From NCBI GenBank assembly GCA_000092065.1, contig CP000588.1: a stretch of 64,000 bases of DNA; one strand, 5' to 3'. This DNA comes from Ostreococcus lucimarinus (lineage: Eukaryota). Of the stretch, positions 1-9,524 are shown piece by piece. Position 1 is the stretch's first letter; every line of letters starts with the position of its first letter. Position numbers and translations under genes: made by a program. The notes beneath the pieces were generated by a model. That model worked only from the letters and a program-made list of their open reading frames with translations, ran no database searches and was not told the origin of the DNA.

Positions 1-55
1 GACGGTGTTGACGACGCCGCGCCGAGCGCGGGACATCAAACCACGACGCGTTCCC

Positions 56-604
56 ATGAGTGTCTCCACGAGCGCGCACGCGTCTACTTGGCGCGAGGAA
101 AAGCATGAACACGCCAAGGACGTCGCCAGGGCATTGCGCGCGCGATGTCTTGAACGAAACATAGACAGCATTTTTGAGTTGGACGAGTTCACCGACGAGG
201 CGTTGTTCACGCAGCTCGGCGAGAGCTTACTCGGCGCGAGCGGGCGAGTCCCGGCGAAATCGTTCAAGCACAGCGCCCACTTCAAAAGCATCGTGAAGCA
301 CGAGTACGATGCGATGTACGGGGACGTTCGCGAGTCGAAGAGCGACAGCGAAGAGTTGGCGTCGCCGCGAAAGTCGCCGCCGACGCGAACGTCCCCGAGA
401 CGTCGACGCGAAGACACGACGACGGTGTTCGAGCGTTGGAAGGCGCGACTTCGAGTGTTAGAGGACGTGATAACGTTTGTGGCTCTCCTTGCGGTGTGTT
501 TTGTCGCTGGAATATTGCTTTGCGACGTTTGCGAGAATCATTTCCAAGAGCTCGCGAAACCGGCGACGAGGGAAGACGACGCGTCTCCGTTCGCGACGCC
601 GTAG
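56..604 (+). CDS. hypothetical protein with C-terminal hydrophobic (TM-like) segment
   Basis: Track ORF 5..604 begins at GTG; first in-frame ATG at 56 (MSVSTSAH...). GC3-biased codons, C-terminal VITFVALLAVCFVAGILL hydrophobic helix. No recognisable domain. Confidence 0.3.
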   Translation: MSVSTSAHASTWREEKHEHAKDVARALRARCLERNIDSIFELDEFTDEALFTQLGESLLGASGRVPAKSFKHSAHFKSIVKHEYDAMYGDVRESKSDSEELASPRKSPPTRTSPRRRREDTTTVFERWKARLRVLEDVITFVALLAVCFVAGILLCDVCENHFQELAKPATREDDASPFATP

Positions 605-982
605 ACCGCGACGCGCGCACTCGGCGCGACCGACGACGACGATCGAAACGACGCAAGAATAGATTGAAACGCGAGTGAACGAACGACTGTAGGCGTGGTG
701 AGGGACGACGAGGTGCGGCACGTATGCAAACGAAGGGGACGACGCAGCGAGTGGAGCAAAGCGCGTGTCGAAAAGAGTCCCAGCTCGCCCTCGCGTGCGC
801 GTCTAGTCAGCCGCCAGAGAATAAGTCCGCGTGCGACGCATTGTTTCAGTCGTACAAAGATTGCCGAAAGCTGGACCTCGAGCGCGTGATACGCGAACGG
901 GTGGAGAAGAGGAAGAGCGCTTTTTGAGCAATTGCTCGAGGGACGCGTTAGTCGCCGTCGAAAAACCGCTGGTTGGAACAGT

Positions 983-1864
983 ATGCGTCGAGTCGCGAGT
1001 GCGGAGCGCGTGGTCGTCGCGGCGATGCGCGCGCGGTGCGCGGAGACGTCTCTGAAAGCGAGAACGAGGTGCGCGAGGTGCGCGAGCGGGACGGCGGACC
1101 CGCCGCCTCGAGTGTTCGCGGCGCCGCCAGCCGCGCCGGGGGATGAAGATTGGAAAAACATGACAATTTTGATGGATAAACCTCAGAAGTACACGTCGTT
1201 TGACGTCGTGGCGCGCGTGCGGCGGTTGAGCAGGGAGAGAGGGGTCAAGAAAGTTGGACACTGCGGCACGCTCGATCCCATGGCGACCGGATTGTTGATT
1301 TTATGCGTTGGCAAGGCGACGAAGAGCGTGGAGGAGTACTCGGGGATGGATAAGACGTACACTGGTACCATTAAGTTGGGTGAAGGGACGCCGTCGCAGG
1401 ACGCGGACGAAGAAGTGAACGAACGCGAACCTTGGGAACACGTCACGGACGTCGAACTACGTGAGGGCGCGCGCAAACTCACAGGCGCGATCAAGCAGTT
1501 ACCACCGATGTATTCAGCAATCAAGGTGAACGGAAAACGTCTGTATAAATCTGCCAGAGAAGGTGTCGAGGTCGAGCGCAAGCACCGAGACGTGGTGATT
1601 CACGAATTCGAAGTCGAGCGAGACGCGGAGGACGCACAAATCGTACACTTTTCCGCACACGTCTCCAAGGGCACTTACGTGCGCACGTTGGCGTACGATT
1701 TGTGTAAAAGTCTCGGCACGACAGGTCACTTAACGGCGCTTCGCAGGACAAAGATCGGGAGTGAGTTTGACGTGGAAGACGCGTGGACAATCGAGCAGTT
1801 GGCTGAAGCTTGTGGGGAGGATCCGTCAAAGTTCAAAAAAACTCCAAAAAAGGAGAGCTCTTAA
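983..1864 (+). CDS. TRUB: tRNA pseudouridine synthase, TruB/Pus4 family, with organelle-presequence-like N-terminus
   Basis: Catalytic-Asp motif GHCGTLDPMATGLLILCVGKATK typical of TruB. About 293 aa from first in-frame ATG at 983 (track ORF starts at TTG 932). N-terminal MRRVASAERVVVAAMRARCAE is Arg/Ala-rich like a targeting peptide. Confidence 0.85.
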   Translation: MRRVASAERVVVAAMRARCAETSLKARTRCARCASGTADPPPRVFAAPPAAPGDEDWKNMTILMDKPQKYTSFDVVARVRRLSRERGVKKVGHCGTLDPMATGLLILCVGKATKSVEEYSGMDKTYTGTIKLGEGTPSQDADEEVNEREPWEHVTDVELREGARKLTGAIKQLPPMYSAIKVNGKRLYKSAREGVEVERKHRDVVIHEFEVERDAEDAQIVHFSAHVSKGTYVRTLAYDLCKSLGTTGHLTALRRTKIGSEFDVEDAWTIEQLAEACGEDPSKFKKTPKKESS

Positions 1865-1954
1865 TCGCAATTGATAATCGCGACTGATTTTACAAAACGT
1901 TTAGGCTACTAATGGTACGTAGGTGTTGATGTTGTACATGATACATGTGAGTTT

Positions 1955-3409
1955 TCAGATGACGAGCGCCATGCTAATCTTGTGCTCGCGGCAGAGCGTC
2001 GCGGGATCTCGAACTACGCACACGCGCACGCGCTTCTTGTCTCCGGCGTTATACACGCGATATATATGATAATCCACGCTTGGTTTCGTCGCAAAATCCC
2101 ATTCCCAAGGTGAAATCTCAAATGCGTTTTTATCGTCGAAACGCGTCGACTTGACCTCTACGAAAGTCACGCGCCCAGTGGCAACGTCGGTGACTTTGAT
2201 GTCGTAAAAACTGTTCGTCTCGCCTTCCGCGTTCAACCACTCGACGAGATGATTCTCTCGCGCGGGGTACGATGCGAGTAGGTATTGATACACAAGCGCT
2301 TCGCCCCATCGACCGACGGCGCGCGTATCGCACGCGTCTACTTCTTCCCACCAAGGTACGAAACGCGAGACGCCTGGGATCGCGTCTTCGCCTCGGCTCG
2401 ATGCCTCCTTCGGCGCGCGCAACCTTCCTTCCCATTCGTAACGATCCTCGACCCGGAAACGAATTCCCGTCGACGCGTTCTCTTCGCGCGCCGCCGGTTC
2501 GTCGTCGACGCGCACGACGCTCACGCTCGGTGCGCGCTCTCGCTTGCCGCGCTTCGTTGCCGGCGCGTCCTCGTCGGCTCTCTCGTCGACGACGTCTGCG
2601 CCCTCCTCCTTCTCTACCTCCTCCTCAAAACATTTCGCGCGGTACTTCGAACCTCCCATATGCAACATCGCGTACTCTGCCATCACTGTCGCGCGCTCGC
2701 TCGCCGACAGCTCGTCCATGATCGTCTCCACCGCCTTGCGCGCCTTGCCGAAGGATGGCTTCCAAACCGTCGTCGCCGACGACCCACCCGCCAACGTCTC
2801 GTACACCTTCCTCAGCGCGTTCTTCGTCTCCTCGCGCGTCGGTTCGACCAACTTCGGCGTGTTCAATCGCCGCAACCGATTCCCCGCGCGCGCCGCGCGT
2901 TTCGCTGCGATCGCCGCCTCCGAAGCCGCCGCCTCCGCTTCGCTCGCCGCGCGCCTCTCTCGCGCCAACGTCATCGACTCCGCGTGTCTCTCCGCCATCG
3001 CCGACACGCGCGCGTAAAACGCATCATCACCACCGCTCCCATCGCCATCGCGCCTTTCGTCGCCATGGCGTCGCGTCGCCTTCGCGAACGTCCATCGTTC
3101 GCCGCGCTTCGCCGGCGGCGCGCCCGCCGCCGCCAATCCCTCCCTCGTCGCCCGCAGCGCGTCCACGTCCAGCGCCCGAGAGAAATCCTCCAGCGCCACG
3201 TCGCGCGCGTCCGGCAGCGGTATTTCCTCGCTCTCCGTCGCGCGCTCGGCGCGTTCGCCCGCGGCGCGCGTGAACGCGCGCAGCGCGTGCGTCAAATCCG
3301 CCACCAGCTCATCCCTCGTCCCGGTCGATTTACGCGCGAACCACGCCTTGGCGTACGTCTCCGCGATGTCCATCAGTCGAGGATTCGGTCTCGACGCCTC
3401 GCGCGCCAT
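1955..3409 (-). CDS. DUF3883-domain protein (NO VEIN-like C-terminal restriction-endonuclease-like fold) with long charged N-terminal region
   Basis: C-terminal block GRWGEALVYQYLLASY...NSFYDIKVTDVATGRVTFVEVKSTRFDDKNAFEISPWEWDFATKPSVDYHIYRVYNAG matches the DUF3883 pattern (YDI...EVK(S/T)T...F.(L/I)S..E.......Y.(I/L)YRV). Start set at ATG 3407-3409 (MAREASRPNPRLMDIAETYAKAW); the Arg-rich track extension to 4189 overlaps the importin gene and is rejected. Confidence 0.55.
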   Translation of the reverse strand: MAREASRPNPRLMDIAETYAKAWFARKSTGTRDELVADLTHALRAFTRAAGERAERATESEEIPLPDARDVALEDFSRALDVDALRATREGLAAAGAPPAKRGERWTFAKATRRHGDERRDGDGSGGDDAFYARVSAMAERHAESMTLARERRAASEAEAAASEAAIAAKRAARAGNRLRRLNTPKLVEPTREETKNALRKVYETLAGGSSATTVWKPSFGKARKAVETIMDELSASERATVMAEYAMLHMGGSKYRAKCFEEEVEKEEGADVVDERADEDAPATKRGKRERAPSVSVVRVDDEPAAREENASTGIRFRVEDRYEWEGRLRAPKEASSRGEDAIPGVSRFVPWWEEVDACDTRAVGRWGEALVYQYLLASYPARENHLVEWLNAEGETNSFYDIKVTDVATGRVTFVEVKSTRFDDKNAFEISPWEWDFATKPSVDYHIYRVYNAGDKKRVRVCVVRDPATLCREHKISMALVI

Positions 3410-3637
3410 CGCGGCGTCCGCGCGCGTCGCGCGTCGCGCACTGCGACGCGTTTGAAGATTCAAAAGTGACTCCACGCGTTCAAACGGCGTCGACTGCGCG
3501 GCAGTCCACGGCGCGTGCGCGTCCGCGCGCGCGCATCGCGACGCTCGGGACGATCGGTCGCGTTCGCGAGCGCGTTCGCGAGCGCGCGCGGGGCGCGATT
3601 CGGTCGAGGCGCGACGCGAACGCTTCGGGACGTCGAC

Positions 3638-6600
3638 ATGCGGGCGGATGAAGTCGCGCGGTGCCTGGCCGAGACGCTCTCGCCCGACGCCGTCGCGCGC
3701 GCCGAGGCGCAGCGCGCGATCGAGCGCATGGGAGGCGAACCGGGGTTCGCGGAGACGCTGGCGTCGATCGCGCTGCGCGGCGTCGAGGGCGCGGTGGTGG
3801 ACATCAGCACGAGACAGCTGAGCGCGGTGCTGCTGAAGAAACACGTGCGAGAACACTGGAACGCGCTGGATGAAAGGTTCGTCGCGCCGGAATTGACGGA
3901 AGCGGAGAAGCAAGGGTTGAAAACAGTGCTCCCGAAGGGACTGGCGGATGAGTCGAGCAAGATGCGCACGGCGTTCGCGGCGGGGATCGCGCAGGCGGCG
4001 GCGAGCGACGGCGCGATTTGGGACGAGCTGACGACGACGTTGGTGGAAGGAATACGAGCGAAACGATCGAGGTCGGAGGTTTTGGGGTGCTTGAAGTGTT
4101 ATGAGATTATTGCGGGGGAGATTGACGCGAAGGATGTCGCCACGGTGGGGCCGACGTTGTTTCCAGAGTTGTTGACGCTGGCGAGGCACGGAGAGGACGG
4201 CGCGCTACGGAGGCGAGCGGAAACGGCGTTTTCGTCGACAGTGAGCGCGTTGACCACGCTCACGGGGACGGAGCAAAAGGAAATGCGAGACATGTTGTTA
4301 CCGTATTTGCCCACGTGGTTGGAGACCGTAGCGATCGCGTTGGAGGGAATGCCGAATCCGAACAATTTCGACGCGTTGGCTTCGACCATGGCGGCGCTCA
4401 CGAGTCTCGCGCTCGCGGTGCAGTACTTTACCAAGCCCGCGGGCGAGGCGCTGATGCCGGCTTTATCCCGTGGGGCGATAATGTTTCACACCATAGCGCC
4501 AGTTTGGGCGAAATACTCAGAGGAGACGGATCACTTGGATCCGGGCATGGATAGCGACGGCGACACGGTGAGTTTCGAGGCGGTGGTCACAGAACTCCTG
4601 GAGCTCGTCATCAACATCGCGGAGCAGCCTAAGTTGAATAAGCTGCTCGAGCCGAATTTAGCGGATACGTTGTACGTCACGATGGGTTACATGACGATGA
4701 GCTCATCGCAAGAGGAGATGTGGATGGATGATCCGAACCAGTTCGTCGCGGACGAGGACGACGATTTCGGCAATGTGCGTGCCGCGTGCGGTCTCATGCT
4801 TGATTCTCTCGGAGAAAGATTCGGCGTAAAGGCGGTCGCTGCGCTCTGGAACGCATCAAATAGACGATTGGCGGAGTCCATATCGGCGCAACAAACCGGT
4901 GACTCGATGTGGTGGCGACCGCGAGAAGCGGCGCTCCTCGCCGTGGGCACGATGAACGAGGTCGTCTTGTCGAGCCTGGAGCGCGCGCAAGAAAAGGGCA
5001 AACCCGCACCTTTCGACATCGCCGCTTTCATGAAAACGGTGATTGAGAACGATTTGCACGAGAGCACGGCGGCGTCGGCGCCGTTCTTGCGTGGCCGAGC
5101 GTTGTGGGTCACGGCTCGCCTATCGAGCGGCGTGCCGACGGAGATGGCGGATGCCATTCTCAGAGCTTCGGTAAGTTCGCTGGCGCCCGGTTTAGCGCCA
5201 CCACTGCGTATTGGTGCGTGCCGCGCGATCGCTGAGTTTTTACCGATCGCGAAGAAGGAAGTGACGACTCCGTACATTGGTGAAATTTACAAAGGCTTGG
5301 GCAATTTGCTCGTCGACGCCGGCGAAGAGACTCTGCATCTCATTTTAGAAGCCATGCTCGTGCTCATTAAGGCTGACTCCGACGCTGCAGCGGCGTGGTT
5401 GAGCGCACTCGCGCCGGCGGTGGTGAAAATATGGGCGGAGTACGTCCGAGATCCCTTGGTGAGCGCAGATACCACCGAGGTGTTTGAGGCGCTCGCGGAG
5501 ATTCCTGCGTGCCAGGCGCAGTTGCACACCATGCTCGTGCCGACGCTTTCGCACATACTCGCATCGCCGAGCGAACAACCTGAAATGTTAGTGGAGGCGA
5601 CGCTCGATCTATTGACAATCATTCTTCGCCCGGCGTCGCCTGAGACGGCCAAGGCTACGCACGACGTGTGCTTCAAGTACGTGTGCGGTCTCATCATGCA
5701 GAGCGACGACGCCGGCGTGATGCAGGGTGCGTCCGAGACGTTACGCGCATTTCTTCGCGCGGGAAAAGAGAACATGCTCGAGTGGGGTAGTGGTGACCCG
5801 ACCGTGGGCGGTGGCGACGTGTTGCGCGCGATGTTTGAAGCCGCGTCGCGCTTGTTGGATCCAAATTTGGAGGACAGCGCAAGTCTGTACGCGGCACCTT
5901 TGCTGTGTCAAATGCTTCGTCGTTTGCCGACCAAGGTGGGCCCGGTGCTTCGCGATATCACGGCTGCGGTCGTGGCGCGCTTGCGCTCTTCAAAGCAGCC
6001 CAATCTGTCGGCGTCGTTGTTGACGGTGTTCGCGCGCATCGTGCACGTGGACGCCAACGCGTTCATCGAGCTCTTGATGTCGCTTCCGAGCGGCGGTGAC
6101 GAGCCGAACGCGTTCGATTTCGTCATGCGACAGTGGTCAGAGAAGCAATGCGATGTACACGGTTCGTTTGACATCAAGTTGACCACGACCGCGCTCGGTT
6201 TGCTTCTCAACACGCAGAGTCCAGCGTTGCACGCCGTCGTCGTCAAGGGCCAGCTCGTGGAGACGCCCGCGGAGAGCGGCCGCATTCGCACGCGCGCGCG
6301 CGCTCAAGCCAACGGCCCAGAAGTCTGGACCCAAATCCCACTCTCCGCCAAAATAGTCGAACTCTTAGCCGACGTCCTCATCGAGTACGCCGAAGGCATG
6401 GCCGGCGCCGAAGACGACGAAGACGAATGGGAGGAGGAGCGCGACGACGACGAAGACGACCCCGACGACGCCGCAGACGACGACGACTTCACCGGCGAGG
6501 AAAAGGAATTCACCGGCGACTTATTCGAGCGTCTTCTCATGCGCGGCGGTCTCGACGCGTTCGATCCCGACGACGCCGACGAGGCCGAGGATCCCGTGAA

Positions 6601-6733
6601 CGACATCGACGTTCGCGCCTTCGTCGTCGGCGGCTTTCGCGCGCTCCACGCATCCGGCGTCCTCGCCCCGCTCGCGCAGTCCATCGCCACCAGGCACCAG
6701 CGCGCCATTCACGACGCGCTCACGCATCAGTAA
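3638..6733 (+). CDS. IPO9: importin-9 (importin-beta family nuclear import receptor)
   Basis: Importin N-terminal region MRADEVARCLAETLSPDAVARAEAQRAIERM. Internal NQFVADEDDDFGNVRAACGLMLDSL...MWWRPREAALLAVGTM and C-terminal RTRARAQANGPEVWTQIPLSAKIVELLADVL followed by an acidic tail all align with human IPO9 (NPQQFVEDEDDDTFSY..., [23 protein letters not shown]...). First ATG 3638; the track extension from 3515 is Arg-rich 5' sequence. Confidence 0.85.
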   Translation: MRADEVARCLAETLSPDAVARAEAQRAIERMGGEPGFAETLASIALRGVEGAVVDISTRQLSAVLLKKHVREHWNALDERFVAPELTEAEKQGLKTVLPKGLADESSKMRTAFAAGIAQAAASDGAIWDELTTTLVEGIRAKRSRSEVLGCLKCYEIIAGEIDAKDVATVGPTLFPELLTLARHGEDGALRRRAETAFSSTVSALTTLTGTEQKEMRDMLLPYLPTWLETVAIALEGMPNPNNFDALASTMAALTSLALAVQYFTKPAGEALMPALSRGAIMFHTIAPVWAKYSEETDHLDPGMDSDGDTVSFEAVVTELLELVINIAEQPKLNKLLEPNLADTLYVTMGYMTMSSSQEEMWMDDPNQFVADEDDDFGNVRAACGLMLDSLGERFGVKAVAALWNASNRRLAESISAQQTGDSMWWRPREAALLAVGTMNEVVLSSLERAQEKGKPAPFDIAAFMKTVIENDLHESTAASAPFLRGRALWVTARLSSGVPTEMADAILRASVSSLAPGLAPPLRIGACRAIAEFLPIAKKEVTTPYIGEIYKGLGNLLVDAGEETLHLILEAMLVLIKADSDAAAAWLSALAPAVVKIWAEYVRDPLVSADTTEVFEALAEIPACQAQLHTMLVPTLSHILASPSEQPEMLVEATLDLLTIILRPASPETAKATHDVCFKYVCGLIMQSDDAGVMQGASETLRAFLRAGKENMLEWGSGDPTVGGGDVLRAMFEAASRLLDPNLEDSASLYAAPLLCQMLRRLPTKVGPVLRDITAAVVARLRSSKQPNLSASLLTVFARIVHVDANAFIELLMSLPSGGDEPNAFDFVMRQWSEKQCDVHGSFDIKLTTTALGLLLNTQSPALHAVVVKGQLVETPAESGRIRTRARAQANGPEVWTQIPLSAKIVELLADVLIEYAEGMAGAEDDEDEWEEERDDDEDDPDDAADDDDFTGEEKEFTGDLFERLLMRGGLDAFDPDDADEAEDPVNDIDVRAFVVGGFRALHASGVLAPLAQSIATRHQRAIHDALTHQ

Positions 6734-7202
6734 CGCAAATCTTCATTCGCGGTCTCACTCGCGTTCGCCAGCCCTCGTTCGCCTTTGATTCCGCTCCGTT
6801 CGTCGTCGCCGCGCCGCGCCGCGCCGTCCCGCTCGAGCGTCGTCGCCATCCCTCGACCCGTCGTCGTCACACGTCGACCGCGCGCCGACCGACCGCGCGT
6901 CTGCGAGACGCGAACGCGCGCGCGCGTCGTCGTCGTCGTCGCTCGCGCGCGATGCCGCGCGCGCGCGACGCGCGCGGCGTCGCGAACGTCGTCGACGCGG
7001 CGACGTCGCTCGGCACCGCGTCGACGCGCGCGGCGCATCGCGGGGCGTTCGCGGCGGCGCGCGGCGACGCGCGGCGATGGTCGATCGTCGCGCGCGATCG
7101 GGGCGTCGCGCGCGCGCGCGAGACGGGCGGAGACGCGCGCGCGCGCGCGAGGGGGACGGAGACGCGCGCGGCGAGCGGGACGCGCGGGTTCGCGGCGAGC
7201 GG

Positions 7203-7203
<1 letters not shown>

Positions 7204-7242
<39 letters not shown>
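7204..7242. repeat. (ACG)13 trinucleotide microsatellite immediately 5' of an in-frame ATG of the LETM1 gene (poly-Thr if translated)
   Basis: Perfect 39-nt ACG run seen directly in the sequence, followed by ATG at 7243. Confidence 0.95.
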
Positions 7243-7243
<1 letters not shown>

Positions 7244-9411
7244 TGCGGACGTGGAATGGATGGTGTGAGCTGCGCGTCGAACGCGCGGGCGAAGGGAGAC
7301 GCGCGCGCGAGGCGTGGACGGTGACGGCGCGACGCGGGTTCGCGGCGGAGCCGTTGAAGGAGTCGGCGGCGGAGGACGAACCGACGGAGGAGGTCAAGGT
7401 CGACATCGCCGCGCTCGATCGCGCGCGAGCGGAAATATCGAAGTTGCACAGAGAACGACAGCTAAAGGCGTGGGAGCGCATGTACGCGTCGGCGGTGGGT
7501 GGGGTGACGTACGCGGCGTCGTTCGGGCCTTGGTTCGTTTCGCTGAGTAAAATGTCGCGCGCAGAGTGGAAGAGTGGCATCAAGCACAGCTGGGGACACG
7601 TCAAGGATGAGATGCATCACTATTGGTCCGGCGCAAAGCTGCTCTGGGTCGAAGTGAAGATCGCGTCGCGGTTGTCTTGGCGGTTGATGAGCGGATCGGA
7701 GTTGTCGAGGCGAGAGCGAAAGCAGCTGACGCGCACGACGGCGGACGTCTTTCGTTTGGTGCCTTTCGCGGCGTTCGTGTTGATTCCATTCATGGAAGTC
7801 TTCTTACCCGTAGCTCTGAAGCTGTTTCCGAACATGCTTCCCACGACGTTTAGAAACGATCTGAAGCACGAGGAAGAGTTGAAGAAGAAGCTCAAGGCGA
7901 AGCTCGAGGTGGCGAGATTTTTACAAGACACGGTTCGAATGATGGCCAAAGGCTTGAAGCACTCGCGCGACGGTGTCACGCGCGATCGCGCCGATGATTT
8001 GTACGTTTTTATGAAGAAAATTCGCTCCGGCGCCAAGGTGACGAACGAAGACATTTTGAAGTTTTCAAAGCTCTTCAACGACGAATTCACGTTGTACCAA
8101 GTCAATCGCGCGCAGTTGGTGAACATGTGCAAGTTTGTCGGTATCGCGCCGTACGGCACCGATACTTTCTTGCGTTTTCAGCTTCGAAACAAGCTTCGTG
8201 AGATCAAGAACGACGATAAGATGATCTACTTCGAGGGATTGAGCAATATGACGACGAGCGAACTGCGAAGCGCGGCGCGCTCGCGCGGGATGCGATGGGA
8301 GTGCGAGCGGGAAGATTTAATCAAGCAACTCGAGGATTGGCTCGAGTTGAGCCTGAAGAATAAGCTCCCATCGACTCTCCTACTTCTTTCGCGTGCGTTT
8401 GTCATCACAGCTGAGTCCAGCGGCGAGGATGCCAAGACGAAGGTGTTCCAAGATATCACCGACACCTTGGCTTCGTTGCCCGAGGACGTCATCACTTCCG
8501 CGGCGGTTGACGAAGGTTTGGCCACGCATACGCCAACGAAGAAGGAAGATTACACGAAGAGAATGGAGTTCTTGAAGCGCGAAGAAGAAATCATCGCGGA
8601 GGAGCAAAAACAAACGGAAGCCGTGCAGGAAGAAATCGTGCCGGCGCCGGAGACGACGGAAACAGAAACAGTCGACAAGGCGGCGGAGGAGATGGAGGGC
8701 GCGCCTTCGACGAAGCAAGCGGCCGCGCCTTCCGCCGACGCATCAGGCGATGATGAAGAGAAGGCCATTCGCAATGAAGAAAAGGCGACGTACGAACGCG
8801 AGAAGCGCGCAAAGCGCGCCGCGCAGCTCTCGCGTTTGCTAACCATGGTTTCCGACACGTCATCCGTCTGCGTTGAACGCACCGAGTTGATGATGCTCGT
8901 CAAGAAGGGTGTAGACGCATACGCCGACCGCGTCGAAGAAGCGCGATGCGCCGCTGAAGAAATCGCCGCGGACCAGGGCGCCATCGAGCACCTCACCGCG
9001 GAAGTGGACGAAGAGGCTCGACTCTCGCATCAGCTCGCCGACCAAGTCAGCGCTCGCGTGGACAAGATGTTGCAATCCGCGAGCAAAGACATTGAAGAAG
9101 TGGAGAAGCGCATCGGCGACAAACTCCGCGTCCTCGACGCGGATTGCGATGGTAAGATCACCATGCAGGAGCTGTTACGCGTGCGCGACGTTCTCGGCGC
9201 CGATCAAATCGACGAACGCGACGAAATCGAGTTGGTGAACATTCTCAGCGGTCTCATCAAGGACGACGGAACCATCGCCGTGGAAGATTTGAGAAAGCTC
9301 ACCAGCGACATCATCTCCACCGAACACTTGGAAGACGTTCAAACGGACGACGACGCGGACATCGAGGCGACCTCGAGCGCGAGCGCCGCGTCCTCGGATG
9401 TCCCCGCGTAG
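7243..9411 (+). CDS. LETM1: LETM1/Mdm38-family mitochondrial inner-membrane protein with C-terminal coiled-coil and EF-hand
   Basis: [51 protein letters not shown] is near-identical to the human LETM1 core ([49 protein letters not shown]). C-terminal EF-hand DADCDGKITMQELLRV. Start chosen at ATG 7243 immediately after an (ACG)13 repeat (gives about 722 aa); an upstream in-frame ATG at 6952 is possible. The track start 6427 overlaps importin-9 and is rejected. Confidence 0.8.
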
Positions 9412-9524
9412 AGCTTTAATACAACTTGTACGTAGCGCGTATCGTTCAAACTCGCTCAACGCGCCGCACTGTTCGACGTCGACCCTCTTCGCGCGCCGCT
9501 CGACGTCCCGGTCGATGCGCAACG

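Noticed and set aside
1865-1954. Searched the AT-richer spacers (1865..1954, 11838..11929, 16568..16754, 35411..35462, 47742..48156, 57292..57375, 63456..63493) for tRNA, snRNA or other small RNA genes
   Set aside because: No cloverleaf-compatible segment with A-box/B-box-like (TRGCNNAGTGG / GGTTCGANTCC) elements was found by eye. These regions look like overlapping 3' UTRs. A tRNAscan-type search would be needed to be sure.
3515-3637. Long 5' extensions of track ORFs, for example importin 3515, LETM1 6427, PRIM2 12765, eIF2B-epsilon 32570, DDX10 to 60288, PLC to 50667, DNAJC11 to 62165, WW protein to 27154, DUF3883 to 4189, and TRRAP at TTG 47741
   Set aside because: The track allows GTG/TTG initiation and simply runs to the previous stop. 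The extensions are Arg-rich, overlap neighbouring genes on the other strand, and the conserved domains begin only after the first sensible ATG. Starts were reset to in-frame ATGs.
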